Assembly (NCBI GenBank): GCA_964535955.1
Contig: CAZHVK010000003.1
Coordinates: 1-64,000 of the forward strand
DNA: 64,000 bases
Source: an uncultured Methanosarcinales archaeon
GTDB lineage: Archaea; Nanobdellota; Nanobdellia; Woesearchaeales; CAXGTL01
Direction: 5' to 3'
The position numbers and the translations under genes are program-made. Within the stretch, counting starts at the first letter, position 1. The number at the start of each line of letters is the position of its first letter. The notes under the pieces were generated by a model. That model was not told the origin of the DNA and made no database searches. It saw only the letters and a program-made list of their open reading frames with translations. Positions 20,729 through 34,700 of this stretch are shown one piece after another.

Positions 20729-21759
20729 ATTTGCCCACATTGCAGCAAACTAACAAAAGCAACATCAACAATTTCTTCCACAGAACACCCTCGAGACAGA
20801 TCATTTACAGGCTTTTGCAGACCAATAATAATTGGACCAATTGTCTTACACCCACTCAATCTATGAACCAATTTATGTGCAATATTTCCAGAATTCAAAT
20901 CAGGAAAAATAAGAACATTTGCATCACCCATTATCAAATTATCATCAGATTCTGTATTTCTTAATTTAATCTTTGCAACATGTTCAACAATAGCGGCGTC
21001 AGCTTGCATCTCTCCATCTATAATTAGGTGAGGTGATTTTCTACGAACAATTGCAGTTGCCTCACGCACCTTTTCAACAGATTCATGATTACTTGATCCT
21101 TTTGTTGAAAATGAAAGCATTGCAATTTTTGGCATCATATCAAACAAATAACATGCTCCAGAAGTATTAATTGCAATCTCTGCTAATTGTTCTGAATTAG
21201 GATTAATATTCATTGCACAATCACCGAACAAAAATATTCTATCTGAAAAAATCATTGTAAAAAATGAACTGACTATTTGCTCTTGTTGTCTTAAAATTTG
21301 TAATGCAGGTTTCAACACTTTACTAGTATGTGTTAATGAACCAGCAACCATACAATCAGCATAACCTTTTTTAATAAGCATAACAGAAAAATACTCACGC
21401 AATTTAACTAATTGTTTTGCTTCATTCAATGATAAACCTTTATGTTTCCTAATTTCATACAATTCCAAACCTAATTCAGAAACAAATTTATCATTAATCT
21501 CAATAATAAAAATCTTACCACTAAATTCACTAAAATTAATTCCAAAAAATTTAAAATTATTCATAATCTTTTTCCTATTACCTACCAAAACAACCTTGAT
21601 CCCTGACTCACAAAGCAAGCTAACAGCTTTAAGAATTCTTTTATCTTCTGCTTCAAAAAATAAAACTTTTTTTTCTGATTTTAATGCTTTGTCCTTTATC
21701 TTATTCATTATTTTATTATTATTATTCATTGTATTATGTGTCATATTATACTTTCTCAT
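20722..21759 (-). CDS. pta: Phosphate acetyltransferase
   Basis: FGDCAMNINP, AMLSFSTKGS, IDGEMQADAA, FPDLNSGNI, GLQKPVNDLSRGCS; exact start uncertain. Confidence 0.93.
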   Translation of the reverse strand: MRKYNMTHNTMNNNNKIMNKIKDKALKSEKKVLFFEAEDKRILKAVSLLCESGIKVVLVGNRKKIMNNFKFFGINFSEFSGKIFIIEINDKFVSELGLELYEIRKHKGLSLNEAKQLVKLREYFSVMLIKKGYADCMVAGSLTHTSKVLKPALQILRQQEQIVSSFFTMIFSDRIFLFGDCAMNINPNSEQLAEIAINTSGACYLFDMMPKIAMLSFSTKGSSNHESVEKVREATAIVRRKSPHLIIDGEMQADAAIVEHVAKIKLRNTESDDNLIMGDANVLIFPDLNSGNIAHKLVHRLSGCKTIGPIIIGLQKPVNDLSRGCSVEEIVDVAFVSLLQCGQIQ

Positions 21760-21979
21760 ATAGGAAAATAATTCACTTATTTAAAATTAGGTATTTTACA
21801 ACATATACATCCTATTTTTTTTTAATTATTTATAAATAGCAAATAGAAAGGTTTAAATACCTGCTATGTTTTATAAATCCATAATTTTAATGATTTAGGA
21901 GTAAAAACTATTAGTATTATAAGGGTAGTGATTTTTGATGATACCTAAATTAATTAAAAAAATAGAGGGGGTTAAAAAA

Positions 21980-22795
21980 ATGATTGTAAAAGATGAGTTT
22001 TTAAGTAAATTAAGAAGGTTTTTTTGTCTAAATTTATATGAAGTTAAAATTTGGACCGCTTTATTAAGCAGAGGTATTTCTACAGCAGGGGAATTAAGTG
22101 ACATTGCAAATGTACCAAGATCCAGGAGTTATGATGTTCTTGAATCTCTTGAGAAAAAAGGATTTGTTGTAATGAAACTTGGCAAACCAATTAAATATAT
22201 TGCTGTTCCACCAGTAGAAGTTGTGCATAGAGTTAAAGTAAACATGAAAAAAGATGCAGATGAAAAAGTAAAAAGATTAGACAATTTAACTAATACTGAT
22301 ATTCTAAAAGAACTAAACACTTTGCATTCTCAAGGTATTGAATTAGTTGAACCAACAGATCTTGCAGGAAGTATTAGAGGTAGACATAATTTGTATAATC
22401 ATCTTGAATTAACAATAAGAAATGCTGAAAAAACAGTTGATATAATGACAACAACAGAAGGCCTTATGAGAAAAATTGAAGGGTTAAAGCCAACATTTGA
22501 AAAAATAAAGAAAAGAGGAGTCAAGATAAGGATTGCAGCTCCATTAACCAAAGAAACAAAAAAGGTTGTTGAAGAAATGAAAGGGATTGCAGAAATCAGA
22601 AATACAAAAAATCTCTCAGCAAGATTTACAGTTGTTGATAAAACAGAATTAATGTTTATGGTATTGCATGATAAAGAAGTGCATCCAACATATGATGTAG
22701 GTATATGGATTAACACACCTTTCTTTGCAACTGCCCTAAGTGGATTATTCGATCTTGCATGGAAAGATATGTCCCCTTCATCAAAGGTTAAATAA
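21980..22795 (+). CDS. trmB: TrmB-family transcriptional regulator
   Basis: LNLYEVKIWTALL, AGELSDIANVPRSRSYDVLESLEKKG, PIKYIAVPP; C-terminal PLD-like sensor region; GAGGGG SD before ATG 21980. Confidence 0.9.
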   Translation: MIVKDEFLSKLRRFFCLNLYEVKIWTALLSRGISTAGELSDIANVPRSRSYDVLESLEKKGFVVMKLGKPIKYIAVPPVEVVHRVKVNMKKDADEKVKRLDNLTNTDILKELNTLHSQGIELVEPTDLAGSIRGRHNLYNHLELTIRNAEKTVDIMTTTEGLMRKIEGLKPTFEKIKKRGVKIRIAAPLTKETKKVVEEMKGIAEIRNTKNLSARFTVVDKTELMFMVLHDKEVHPTYDVGIWINTPFFATALSGLFDLAWKDMSPSSKVK

Positions 22796-22802
22796 TTAGG
22801 AA

Positions 22803-22870
22803 TTTCTTTTTTTTATTTATTATTTTTTTATTCTTTTTTAAATTTATTTTTCTTAATTCTTTTGATTTAG
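22803..22870 (+). terminator. Oligo-T terminator region between convergent genes
   Basis: Several T6-T8 runs immediately after the trmB stop. Confidence 0.45.
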
Positions 22871-22907
22871 TATTATAATTATTATTAATTTCTTTAAGTA
22901 TCAGAAT

Positions 22908-23444
22908 TCAATTACAAATCATCAATCTTAACTGAGCATTCTTTACATTACCAGTTATTGGAAAAGGTAGTGTAGAAGTAAAATCTAACCTTTTTTTATA
23001 ACAATTATCACCACTAACAATATTTATAATATTCATATTATTATCCATATTAGTTAAATTAAAAATATAATCTTTATCCTTTATACCTAAAACAGGCTTT
23101 AAAAATTGTTTATCAATTTTATCATCTAAAAAATCACAAGATTTCATACCATAACAAATAATTTCTCCATTACTTTCAATATTATCAACACAATCCTTGA
23201 CCAATGTTTTCATAGTTTCATCCTGGCATTCAACACCAAGATTTGTAAAAAGCATTGTATCAATCAAATTAGTTATTAACTGCCTGTCTTCTATCTCTGA
23301 CTTTTCTTCTTCTATATTAAAAGAAAATTTGCTTGCAAAACTAAAATAAAAAAGGAGTCCTATAATCAATAAAATAATAATTATTGCAATGCCTAATATT
23401 TCTACTTGAGATTTCTTCATTTTTCTGTTTATTCTTGTTTTCAT
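22908..23444 (-). CDS. Class III signal-peptide (pilin-like) protein
   Basis: KMKKS|QVEILGIAIIIILLIIGLLF; ATGA overlap with upstream gene. Confidence 0.8.
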   Translation of the reverse strand: MKTRINRKMKKSQVEILGIAIIIILLIIGLLFYFSFASKFSFNIEEEKSEIEDRQLITNLIDTMLFTNLGVECQDETMKTLVKDCVDNIESNGEIICYGMKSCDFLDDKIDKQFLKPVLGIKDKDYIFNLTNMDNNMNIINIVSGDNCYKKRLDFTSTLPFPITGNVKNAQLRLMICN

Positions 23445-23962
23445 ATGCCTTTTCCAATATGTGATGAAATATACAAAACACCAAAACCATATTTCTCATC
23501 AGAAGAATAATGAATTGATACAGGAATCACATTTGTCATGTTCTTATACCAATCACCCCTTCTCCTTTTCAAAGGATTGTTATATATTATTTCTGACTTT
23601 TGTTCAGGATAAATTCTTTCTAAGATTACAGTTCCTTTCACAAAAATATTATAATAATAATCATAACCATCTCCATCTTCTTTGATTAGTTTTTTAAATT
23701 CTTCTAATTTAAAAGAGTCAATGCAATTATGTGAAATCTTTCCAGAACATTTAAGTTCAGGAAGATTAGTTATTCTTCGAGACGACTTGATTACATTTTC
23801 AACTTTAAACTCAAAATCCATATTTCTTATTGACTGCTGTTGATAATTACCATAAAAGATCAATCCAAATGATAATAAGAAAAAGAAAACTATCATAACA
23901 CCTACATTCTCAAACATCTTTATTTGAGTTTTTTTGTTGTTTTTTATTTTTCTCAATTTCAT
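23441..23962 (-). CDS. Class III signal-peptide (pilin-like) protein
   Basis: KNNKKT|QIKMFENVGVMIVFFFLLSFGLIFY; LPELKCS; ATG at 23962 preferred. Confidence 0.75.
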   Translation of the reverse strand: MKLRKIKNNKKTQIKMFENVGVMIVFFFLLSFGLIFYGNYQQQSIRNMDFEFKVENVIKSSRRITNLPELKCSGKISHNCIDSFKLEEFKKLIKEDGDGYDYYYNIFVKGTVILERIYPEQKSEIIYNNPLKRRRGDWYKNMTNVIPVSIHYSSDEKYGFGVLYISSHIGKGI

Positions 23963-23991
23963 TTTTAATAAACAATCAATATTGAATATTC

Positions 23992-25104
23992 TCAATAAAT
24001 GACAAGACAATCTTCTAAATCACGCTCAATTATTTCATTACCTTGTTCTATTTCTTTAACATGTTTATAAAAATTATTTGCATAATTTGAAGTTAAAGAC
24101 TTAAAATCATCTGGCTTTCTAAATTTATCAGCAACATCATCTTTTAATAACTTAAAATTATCTTCAAAACTTACCCTACCACTTCCAGGATTAAGTTTAT
24201 AAAATTCCCTGCAATCAAGACCTAAATTAGTATCATCCTTTAGCAAAACAATTTTTTCATAATAAATATCAGCTAGATAATATAATCTGTCAAATCCACT
24301 TGCCATCATACAATCATACATCTTTTTATTATCAGTAACAACAGCACCGAGCAATGAAGCATCATCAAAATAATATGTTTCCTGTTTTTGTCCAGCAACA
24401 AGATTACCACTATCATCTAATTCATAAAAAGTTAGTTTATGGTTGCCATCAGTACCACCATGATCTATTTCCAAAGCAGAAATATGCTGTTTTTTATTAT
24501 CATTTACATAAGAACTCAAATCAATTGTACCAGTAGGATTAACAAAAACAAATCTTATTGACTTGAATTTAGAAAATAAATCTTCATCTCCCATTGCACT
24601 ACCAAAACCCTCATACACCTTCTTTCTCACAGCACTTCTTGCAATGCCCAATGTTTTTATTATTTGTCTATAAGTTTCATCATTTTCATCAGTAATAAAA
24701 ACATATAAAATATCAGGATCAATAACATAAACAAAATTAGTAACAACAAATCCAGCTTTGAATGGATATGAATATACATATAATTCATCTGGTTTTATAG
24801 ATAAAGGTGCAAAAACAACCTTTTTACCAAAACTCATACCAGACATACCTTGACAATTAAACTTTAATTCTTTATTAGGAAGATCTGTTCTATTAACAAG
24901 TGAAGGTTGTGAAGAAACCTCTAACGTTGCTATCTGAAGATCAAGCTGTCTGCTAAACATAAGCTGTTGTTTTTGATCATTTATCGTTTTATATCTATAG
25001 ATAAATGTTGCAAAAAGTAAAAGAATGATTCCTCCTGCAATCAAAATAAAGATCCAATTAAACTGAGATTCTACTTGTGCCCTCTTTTTTTTATTATAAA
25101 ACAT
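23992..25104 (-). CDS. Class III signal-peptide (pilin-like) protein
   Basis: KKKRA|QVESQFNWIFILIAGGIILLLF. Confidence 0.8.
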   Translation of the reverse strand: MFYNKKKRAQVESQFNWIFILIAGGIILLLFATFIYRYKTINDQKQQLMFSRQLDLQIATLEVSSQPSLVNRTDLPNKELKFNCQGMSGMSFGKKVVFAPLSIKPDELYVYSYPFKAGFVVTNFVYVIDPDILYVFITDENDETYRQIIKTLGIARSAVRKKVYEGFGSAMGDEDLFSKFKSIRFVFVNPTGTIDLSSYVNDNKKQHISALEIDHGGTDGNHKLTFYELDDSGNLVAGQKQETYYFDDASLLGAVVTDNKKMYDCMMASGFDRLYYLADIYYEKIVLLKDDTNLGLDCREFYKLNPGSGRVSFEDNFKLLKDDVADKFRKPDDFKSLTSNYANNFYKHVKEIEQGNEIIERDLEDCLVIY

Positions 25105-25170
25105 TTTATTTATATTTATATTTACACTATTTTTTTATGATTATTACTAGTATTACTAAACATATTAAAT

Positions 25171-25713
25171 TTACACTTCTTCAGGAATTTCAATCAATGC
25201 TTTCTTACTTGCACCTGTTATTTTCATCTCTAAATAACCAGTACCAGTATTAAAACAAATAACTTTTTCATTACCTAAACTTATTAACTCATTCTTGATA
25301 GGTATTCCTACACCTGATTTTTCAGGAATAACAAAAACATTCTGAACACCTTTAACAACAGCATTACAAAATAGTGGATCAAAATCAGTAGGAGGTGGGC
25401 ATTTGCTTTCCGATTCAATATTCTCAAAATCAGCAATGCACACTTTTTCAACATAAGAGGGAACACTTACCTGAACATAATTTTGGTCAATACTTTGAAC
25501 ACCAGTATTAATTTTATTATTAAAATCATCTTTAAAAAGATTATAATCAGCAATATCTTTTTTATGGAGAATATCATTTATCCACTTATAACTATAAAAT
25601 AATATAAAACTCATAATCAACAAAGCTAACAAAAAGATAAAAATTTTACCAACCTCAAATCCTTTCTTATTTTTCTTTGTTCTCAAATTTCTATACATAA
25701 TATTTCTATACAT
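25171..25713 (-). CDS. Class III signal-peptide (pilin-like) protein
   Basis: KKNKKG|FEVGKIFIFLLALLIMSFILFY. Confidence 0.75.
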   Translation of the reverse strand: MYRNIMYRNLRTKKNKKGFEVGKIFIFLLALLIMSFILFYSYKWINDILHKKDIADYNLFKDDFNNKINTGVQSIDQNYVQVSVPSYVEKVCIADFENIESESKCPPPTDFDPLFCNAVVKGVQNVFVIPEKSGVGIPIKNELISLGNEKVICFNTGTGYLEMKITGASKKALIEIPEEV

Positions 25714-25752
25714 AACACAACACCTCTTATTAATAACAAAAATTACTTAAAT

Positions 25753-28700
25753 TTACTTAAGATTAAACCTAGATAAGATATTTGAAACATTATCTTTAGT
25801 AACAAGACCTTGATTATCCAATTCTAGCAAAATTTCTTTTATATTCTGCTTCTTAAGCTTACCTTTTTTATGTAAATAATCAATAATTGATTCAGACAAT
25901 TCTGAACTAACTTTACCTTTAGGTACAGATCTTAAAAAATCAATAACATCTGAATTTCTTATCTTTCCTTTCTTGTTAAATTTAGAAATCCCTCTTACTA
26001 AATAATCCTTAATCTTTGCTTTAGGTTTTAATTTATCAACACTCAACCTTGATAATTCATCAAACACTTTTTCACCAGATTTTACTCTGACTTGTTTTTC
26101 GAGCTTTTTAAATACATCTCCTTTAACAGGCAAAGATAATTTTTCAACCTTTTTTACTTGTTTTTCAGAAACTTCCTTACTTTTTTCTTTGATTTTGTCG
26201 TCAATTAATGATTTTCTTTCATCTTTTGCAAAAAAGGATTTTTTATGCAATAGATTATGAAGTTTATTAAATACATTTGGAGCTCTTTTGACATTTCCTA
26301 AGCTTTTAGCAGCCACATCTTTAGGGATGTCTGGTTTTGTTGAAAAAACACTAAACAAATTCTTTGTCAAACTTCTTATCTGTCTTTGTTTTTGTTTTAA
26401 TCTTGATCTTCTTTTTAATGCAAGCTGTTTTTCAATATAATTCTTTGGTAATTCCCTTTTAACATGTTTAGTATGCTTTGTTCCTGGTCTAAAGATTCTA
26501 AACTTTTTTGTTGGACTTTTCTTACCTTTACCTAAATTAAGTCCCATACTTCCAAGTAAATCATTAAATTTACCAGGATACTTTTTATAAGTATAATAAC
26601 CACCACCACAAAGTATTCCTAAAACTAAGAAACCAATTATCCAAGGCCAAAAATTAAAAGGACCTGGTCTAGGAATCTCTGGCACATAACAACCACTCAT
26701 ATTAACATCTTTTCCATAAGGTGTATCAGGACATGCATCATTCATATTAATAATTCCATCTTCATCATCATCTAAATATTTAGCTTGTTCTTCAGAACAA
26801 CCCATGTGGTTTCCAGATGTTTCCACTTCCTCGCCTTCAGGCGTATCTTCACAAAGATCTTCATCATCAAACACACCATCACCATCACTATCTGTTTTTA
26901 ATTCATCCTCAGAACATCCAATACTGTCACCCTCTAGAATAACTTTCTGACCTCTAGGAGTTTCAGGACATTTTAAATCAATATCATCAACAACACCATC
27001 TTCATCAGTATCTTTAAACGCAACAGATTGTGTTCCTTGTGTAGGATTTCCTAACTGATCTTTAACAAGCCAGCATACATAAGTATCAGCAGTTACCATT
27101 ACTCCATTTTCAGAATCATAAGTAGTAGTTGGTGAACATTCTTCTTTACTTACACCTGTGCCAAAATTAAAAGTATTTGTATCACACCCATTTTCATCAT
27201 GACAATTCAAAAACACCTGCACACCTCTTGGATTGACAGCTTTTTTAACATTAATTGTTGGACCTATTTTATCATTCTGACATTCAGGAGTATTAGTATC
27301 CAAAATATACAACTTTTCACTATAATTAATCTTTTTTGATTTTTCTCCTGTAATGATTCCTGCTAAATTAATTGGCTGAACAGAGATTTTATAAGGAGCA
27401 AAAGTTTTATTTAATTTCAAACCAGACATTATTATTTGTCTTGATGTAGTAAATTTAATTCCAAAATCTTTTATACGTTGATTTTTCACATCATACAATG
27501 AATAATTATAACCAAGTATTCCTGACTCAAGATCATAAGCATCAACATGTGCTGTTATAGAAAACTTATCATTATCATCAGGACATAACTGTTCATTACT
27601 AACATTAAGTTTGGATAAGAAAGGTTCTGTATCATCAATAGTAAAATTATAAATTATCTCTTTCTCAGATTGTGCTTGTGTTAATATTCCAATTGGTTCT
27701 ACTGCTATGCAATAAAATAAATAACTATAATGACCTGGTTCAAATGAATTAAAATTCCTTTCAGTATGGATAGTATTATCCTGCCTAGACATTGGCAAGC
27801 TTAGTAATGCATTTTCATCTTTATTATCTTTATACCTGCACTGTGCTCTTAAATTAGTCTCTAAAACAAAATTAGGTTTGGTCTTAGAACTAACTTTTTT
27901 AGGCTTTAAAACTTCAACTGTTAAACCTTGTTTCTTAACCTCAAACTGAACTTGTTTTGTTTCTGTTTTTAATCCTGCTAAATCCTCGCATTTGATATAA
28001 TAAGTGTATGACTTTTCCAATGGAGGTATATTCATTATCATGTGTTTGTGCTGCATATTATAATTAACTACTTGTTCATCATTTTCATTTGTAAACCAAA
28101 CCATTGTTTCATAATCCTTTTCTTGTCCATATTTACAAACAGCTTTTTCATCTGTTTCAACAGACATTTCTGTTTGTGAAGGACGATAACTAATGATTTT
28201 TCTTGATAAATTAATAGATGTAATCTTTGGACTTTTACCATCAACCCTTAAATCAGAAAATTTCCTATGAATAGGCACCAAGCTTATGCTATCATTACAT
28301 AAAACATGTAAAGTATTTTTCACACCACCACCAATAATACCTATATTTGCTTCATGTATTGTATTTACTAATTCATCTTCATCAGGTTTGAATTGATTGA
28401 TAAGATCTCCAAAATTATATCTACCATTTCTTAAAGGATTTTCTTTGCTATACCTACATCTTGCTAATTTAGTGGTTTCTATCATTAATTTAAAATTAGC
28501 ACTAGTTGCCACTTGATGTTTTGGTTGAACAAGTTTTATTATTGTATCAGGTGCATTTAATTTAAACTCTTTTTCATTTGATTCATCTTGTTTATTTCCT
28601 AAATCATCTTCAGCCTTTATTTTAAATATGTATTCATCATTAGGCATTGGTTTATTTGGTTTTAAAATAAATTTAAGTTTATTATCATCAATCTCTTCAA

Positions 28701-31700
28701 CAATAAATTCTTCTTTATTAATCTTAAAATCATTATCTTCTTTTTTGCTTATTATTTCATAATCAATCAGAATAGCAGGTTCATCATATTCAATTTCAAT
28801 AATAGGAATTGGAGTTTTTACTTCTGCTATAGCATCTTCCTCAGACTCTGTATCTTCAAATTCAATTCCAATCAAAGTAGGAGGTTTTTTATCAGCGACT
28901 ATTTTCAATTGATCATAAACGGGCTCTTCATTTTCATTCTTTTTCAATTCAAATATCAAAACATTTTCATGCTCTAAGCCATCAATTGAAATCAAATTAT
29001 AAACAAAATCAAAATTTCCGTCTGTCAATGGAATATCTTTTTTATAAGTTCCTAATAAATATTTAAGTTCTTGTGTTGCTTCAACACTTCCTTTTATCTT
29101 AACCTTATTTCCAATATTTCTCACATAAAATATTTGTTCTCCATTAACAATTCTTTTTATTCTTGATCCACCTGAACTAGACTCAGCATCAGAATCAACA
29201 TTAGGATCAACATCAGTGATTGTAACACCAGGTCTTGTATTATCAACCTCAATAAAACTATTAATAGTTTTTTTATTTCCAGCTCTATCTACCATCACTA
29301 TTTTATAAGGTATCTTTTTTCCATGAGGAACATTACTTGGCACAGAGTATTTAAACAAGTATTCTGTATTAGAGGCTTGTAATAAATCATGTACTTGTTT
29401 TTCAACGACAACTTCAACCTCTTCTTGTGAATTTTCATCATCATCTTCAGCATCAGAATCATAATTAGGATTTTCAATATCATACTCATATTTACCAATT
29501 ACAATAGTAGCATTAACATCAAAATTTTCATTAAAAACTGAAGCATTAATCAATATATCAATGCCAGCTCCTACTTTTATTCCATTTTCAGTATCACCAT
29601 TAATAATAATATTAGGTTCGTCAGAATCTACAACCAATGTATACAACCATTCACCTGAAAGTGGTTCACCAGGATACTTAGCATTTATCTTAATAGGATA
29701 AACTTTCTCATCAAATGGCATTATCTCAACAACAATATTATCACCAAGCATATCATAATTAAACCATATAACACCTGCTTTATCAGCCATTCTTTTCATA
29801 AGATAAACATCATCAACATAAATCTTATAATACTTAAATGCATGGAAATTACTCAATCTCAAACCAATTTTTTTACTATAAAGATTATCCTGTTCAGAAT
29901 ATCTAAATTTAAGATGATCTGATTTTCCCTTTCCATCTAAAATATCTTTATCATCTGGCTCAAATAAGATTATTTGATCATTTTCATCAGCATCATCTAA
30001 CACTCCTGTTCCTACTGTATATAATTTCTGATTTGTTGAACTAGATGAAAAATCATGTTCAAAATATTTAGCATTAAATTCTTCAACCTCATGTTCAAAA
30101 TTTACCTTGATTTCACTTGGAACACTTTTCTTAAAACAAGTGAAATCATAACAGTTAGCACCTTCAACCTCTAAAGAAGAAGGTGCACTAGGATAACTTG
30201 CTGAATAATCAATAATAAATTGTTGCATAAGATTACTTCCTGCTTTATCATAAAGACTAATATTTAACAAAGCATTACTAGGCAAGTATTGATTTTTATT
30301 AAACCTAAAATATTTGATATCAAAATTCTTATAAAATTTACCAGGATCGTCTCTTGGTCCATTTCTAAAACAATTTTCACAATTCAAATTAGTATCAAGA
30401 TCAACACCAGTATTCAATCCAAGATAATAATTATCAAAATCAAAACCAGAACCTTTTTTAAGTTCTTTTACTTCAAAAAAGATTTGTGCATCACGTATAT
30501 TTATTGTTGAGCCAATCAGAGGATATTTATGATTATCAGCAACATAATATGCAGAAACTATTTCAGGTGCAACAGAATCATAGAGGATATTATAAGTATC
30601 TGTGAAATCAGATTTTACAAAGAAACTTTCAACACTTCTCAATTTCATATAATTATCTCCTCTATTAAAATTGATTTCAGGATAAAACCAGTTTCTTAAG
30701 ATTTCTTTTTCATAAACACTTGCTTCGTAATCTTTTCCTAAATCTTTTTGTAGCTTTTTATTTAGATTAATTATAGAATAGTCAAGAGTTTCTGTTGTTT
30801 GATCTTCTTTACCAGTAATTTTATAAAGTTTATTATAATGACCATAGTCAATTCTTCCACGCAAGTTAGTGTACTTGTCAGGATCTAAACTTAATTCAAT
30901 TTGTTTAACATTAAGAATTTGAACTCCTACATCATGAGGTGTTGTTGTTACTAATTTTAATAACTCTTTATCATCTTCATCACCAGCACCCATATCAGCA
31001 CCTACATTATTATCATCATCACCATTACCAACATCATCCCCATTACCACCATTATCACCAGCTTCATCATCAACATCTACATAGAAAAGCCTATTATCCT
31101 GCTCTTGATAAAATTGTTGTCTATTATATTGTTCTTCAGAATGTCCTAAATAAAATACAACATCAAGTAATTGATCGTCAGGACTGGTTCTTCCTGTTAA
31201 GAATAAAGCAGGTTTATTTGTTACATAATCATAAGTATCAATTCTTTTCAATGTTGAATAATAAGTATCATGATAATCATCTTCAAAAGGTTCAAGAACA
31301 GGTTTAATAGGTGGTTTAGTATCAATAAAAAAAGACTTACCTATTTCAATAAGGTGTCCATCATTATCTTCATTATCTTTATATTCAATAATGAATTCAG
31401 CAGGCCCTTCTTTATTTCCATGCTGAAGAGGAGACAATGTTAAAAAAGTTTTCCATGTCTTTAAATCATATCCACCGCCTATTTTTTTATCAGGAACAGG
31501 ATAACCAAGATCATAATCAACACCTTGAAACCTGTATTTAAAAAGAGAAATTCCATTAGGTGTTCTTGTTAATTCTTTTGAAGAATTAATTACAAGTAAA
31601 TAAGATGGTGGCCCTAGTCTTGTTACTCTTTCTGCAACCTTTCCTGTTAAAATATCAATAATAGTAACATTAACTTTAGGTTCGTCTTTGGTTATTTTTA

Positions 31701-34700
31701 CTTCAAATTTTCTTATCTCTTCTAAATTTCCACCAACATCTTTTGATCTAAAATTAAGATAAGTAAATTTATCATATGTTTTGGTGCAAGAATCACCACT
31801 TTCACCACAAATTTCATCAGGAATACAATCCTTACCAGTATCACAATAAAGTATTTCTTTACATCCAAACTCAGTACCAGGATTAAAACTTGCAATTGGA
31901 TCTTTACATTCTAGATTTACATCAATATCTTCGCCTTGCTTAAGAGGATACCATCTATCCTCAAAATTTTTGATAGTAGTAACAGGTGGTTCATTATCAA
32001 CCACAAAACTAATTAAATCGCTTTGTTCATCACCATATACTTTATCTTCTTCAGCAAACAAACATTTTACATAAAGATTAACATAAAACATATCATAAAC
32101 AGATGAACCTGCAGGATCAAAAGTATGTACAACTGTATGCTTTTTACCAGGAGTAGTAGTAGGAGTAAAAGAACTTGTCATACGATTAAAATTATCTCTC
32201 TGATTATCAGAATTATGAATAACATTATCATACTTACATAATGCATCTTTTTTAGTATCTAATAAAAATTCTTTTTTTCTATTATCTGGTAACCTTATTG
32301 TTTCTCCACTTGGTCTAATATTAGTTATAGATTTATCAGCATCGATACTAATATTATTAAGAACACCTATAACAAAATTCTTTGCTTCATCATAACATTT
32401 ATACTCAAAGATATATAGTCTATTTTTTAAATTTATATAACTTAATTCAGTAGGATTATCATGCCTACCAACTTTTTTATCATTCAAATCTCCACCAACC
32501 GCAGTTACTTGTTTTTTCTCAACAACACCAGTACCATCCTCACCTAAATCATTTTCATCTACATCAAAATAATTCAAACTTGTAGTGCATTTTATTATTT
32601 TATCCTCTCCTTCAAAATCTTGACCAGAAATTTGAATCTTAAGATCAGATTCCCATTCAGTTTTATCACCAATTGGTTTCTCTCTTGACACATAATCATA
32701 TATAATTAATATACCTGGTTTTGTCGCATCAAGATAAACATGTTTTTTTATCTGAACTTGTTCAAGGTTTCCTGCTTCATCTTCAGAATAATAAGCAATA
32801 TCATAAAAGTCTGACTCTTTTTGTTTAAGATTTATAAGACCAGTAGCAATAGTCACAGGATAAACATGATCATCTGTTTCTTTATAAACTGAATACTTTG
32901 TTTTTATCTTAGATTGTTTAGAAAAATAATCAATCGCACTAATTTTTATGCCAGAACTTGCAGGAAGCATATCTACATTAGGGAAAATAGTTTCAGGTGG
33001 AACAAAGTCTTTTTTACATTCTTCATAAGTAATACTTGCATCTTGTTTCAAACCTTCACAATCATCTAAATTATCACCATTAGCATCTTTTATACACTTG
33101 CCACTTAATTCTAACCATTTACACCTTCCTAAACCAAGTATATCATCACTTAGACTTAAAGAATTATCTTTATCTTCTAAAACAATAATATTATGTCCAC
33201 CAGCAATTCTTTCTACTTCATCAACATAAGTAATATTTATTGTAAAGTTTTGATTTTTATCATTAGAATTAATGCAAAAATTTCTATTCTTCCCATAATC
33301 TTCACAACCAACATCTTCTTTATTAACACATTTCCATTCTGATTCAAGATCAGACTCTGTTGTATAAAAACATTTATCATTACCAAATAAACTGCATAAA
33401 TTAGCATTACATCTTCCAAAGAATTCATTAAAAGGAGAATTACATCTTTCACAATCTTGAAGTATTTTTTCTTTTGGTCTGCACACACCTATACCAAACT
33501 CAAGATTTTCAGAATCTTTCCATTCACAACCTTGTTTACCACCCACTACACATTTGTCACCTCTATCACCAACACAAGCATTTTCACTTCTATAATCATA
33601 ACAAGTTTTTACAGTTGAACATTCACGATATATATCGACTACTGATTCAGAATAATCAAAATAACAAGTGTCAAGGCTTTCGCATGTCTTTTCTTGTGGA
33701 GGAATGATTGGTTTATCTTGATCATCAACCCCATAAACACTTACAATATTATCATCCATATAAAACATTCCAAAAGGATCAGCACATTCATAACAAGGTG
33801 ATTGATAAGCACATCTTGCTTTGTTTTTATTATCAGGCCCTAGGCAAACATATTTTTCTGTTGATGATAAAGCAGAACAATCAATCTTTGTATCCCAATC
33901 AATAAAATTAGTTCTACTATCACATTTTACTTTGTAAATTCTTTCTCCTAAATCATTATCCATACAAAACTCATCAAAATATTCAAAACATTCTTTATTA
34001 CCAACCACAACACAGACAGGTTCAATTTCATTATTATTATCAGGATTTCTATAACCACCTTCAATATCAAAGTCAGTATGAGAAAAATAAGAATTTATCT
34101 TATAACAATAAACATGTTGTTCTCTAACATTCATATCTTCATAATTAGAAACAGTTAAATCAGGTGAAATAGCATTCCATTTATCATCATCATCCATAGA
34201 ACAATGAGATTTTGCAGCATCTACCATATCATCATAACTATCTTCATCACTAGCTTCTAATGTTGCATCACACCTATATATTGTTGAAGAATCAGGTTCA
34301 CAATATTCTGAGTCACCTTGTAAAGGAACTAAATCTTGGAATTCCCAATTAAGTTGAACTGGTTTTTGTTTAGGTGCAACACTCAACAAAAGATTAACAC
34401 CTTTTTCACCAGGATATATAACACGTTGACAAGTTAATTCACATCTACATTTAAAATCATGATTTCTATGATAACACATTCCAGTATATCTATCATCTGT
34501 ACCTTTTAATTCATTACATTGAGCATTATTATTATCAAGATCATGACCAGGATCACATTCTTCACCTGGATCAATTACTTCATTACCACACTTAAATGAT
34601 TCTTTACATGTACATTCATTAGGATGGTCTTTAGGATAACAAGCATCATCAGTACTGCAATCAGGACCTAAATCATTTCCATCACATTCTTCATTACTTT

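Noticed and set aside
20722..21759. pta as an unusual acquisition
   Set aside because: Acetate-pathway genes are expected in fermentative DPANN lineages; nothing atypical in the sequence
30939..31307. His-rich plus-strand ORF as a second His-repeat precursor (likewise 41600-41851)
   Set aside because: Antisense reading of Asp/Gly-rich GAT/GGT codons in the giant proteins; no His-Xaa-Ser periodicity
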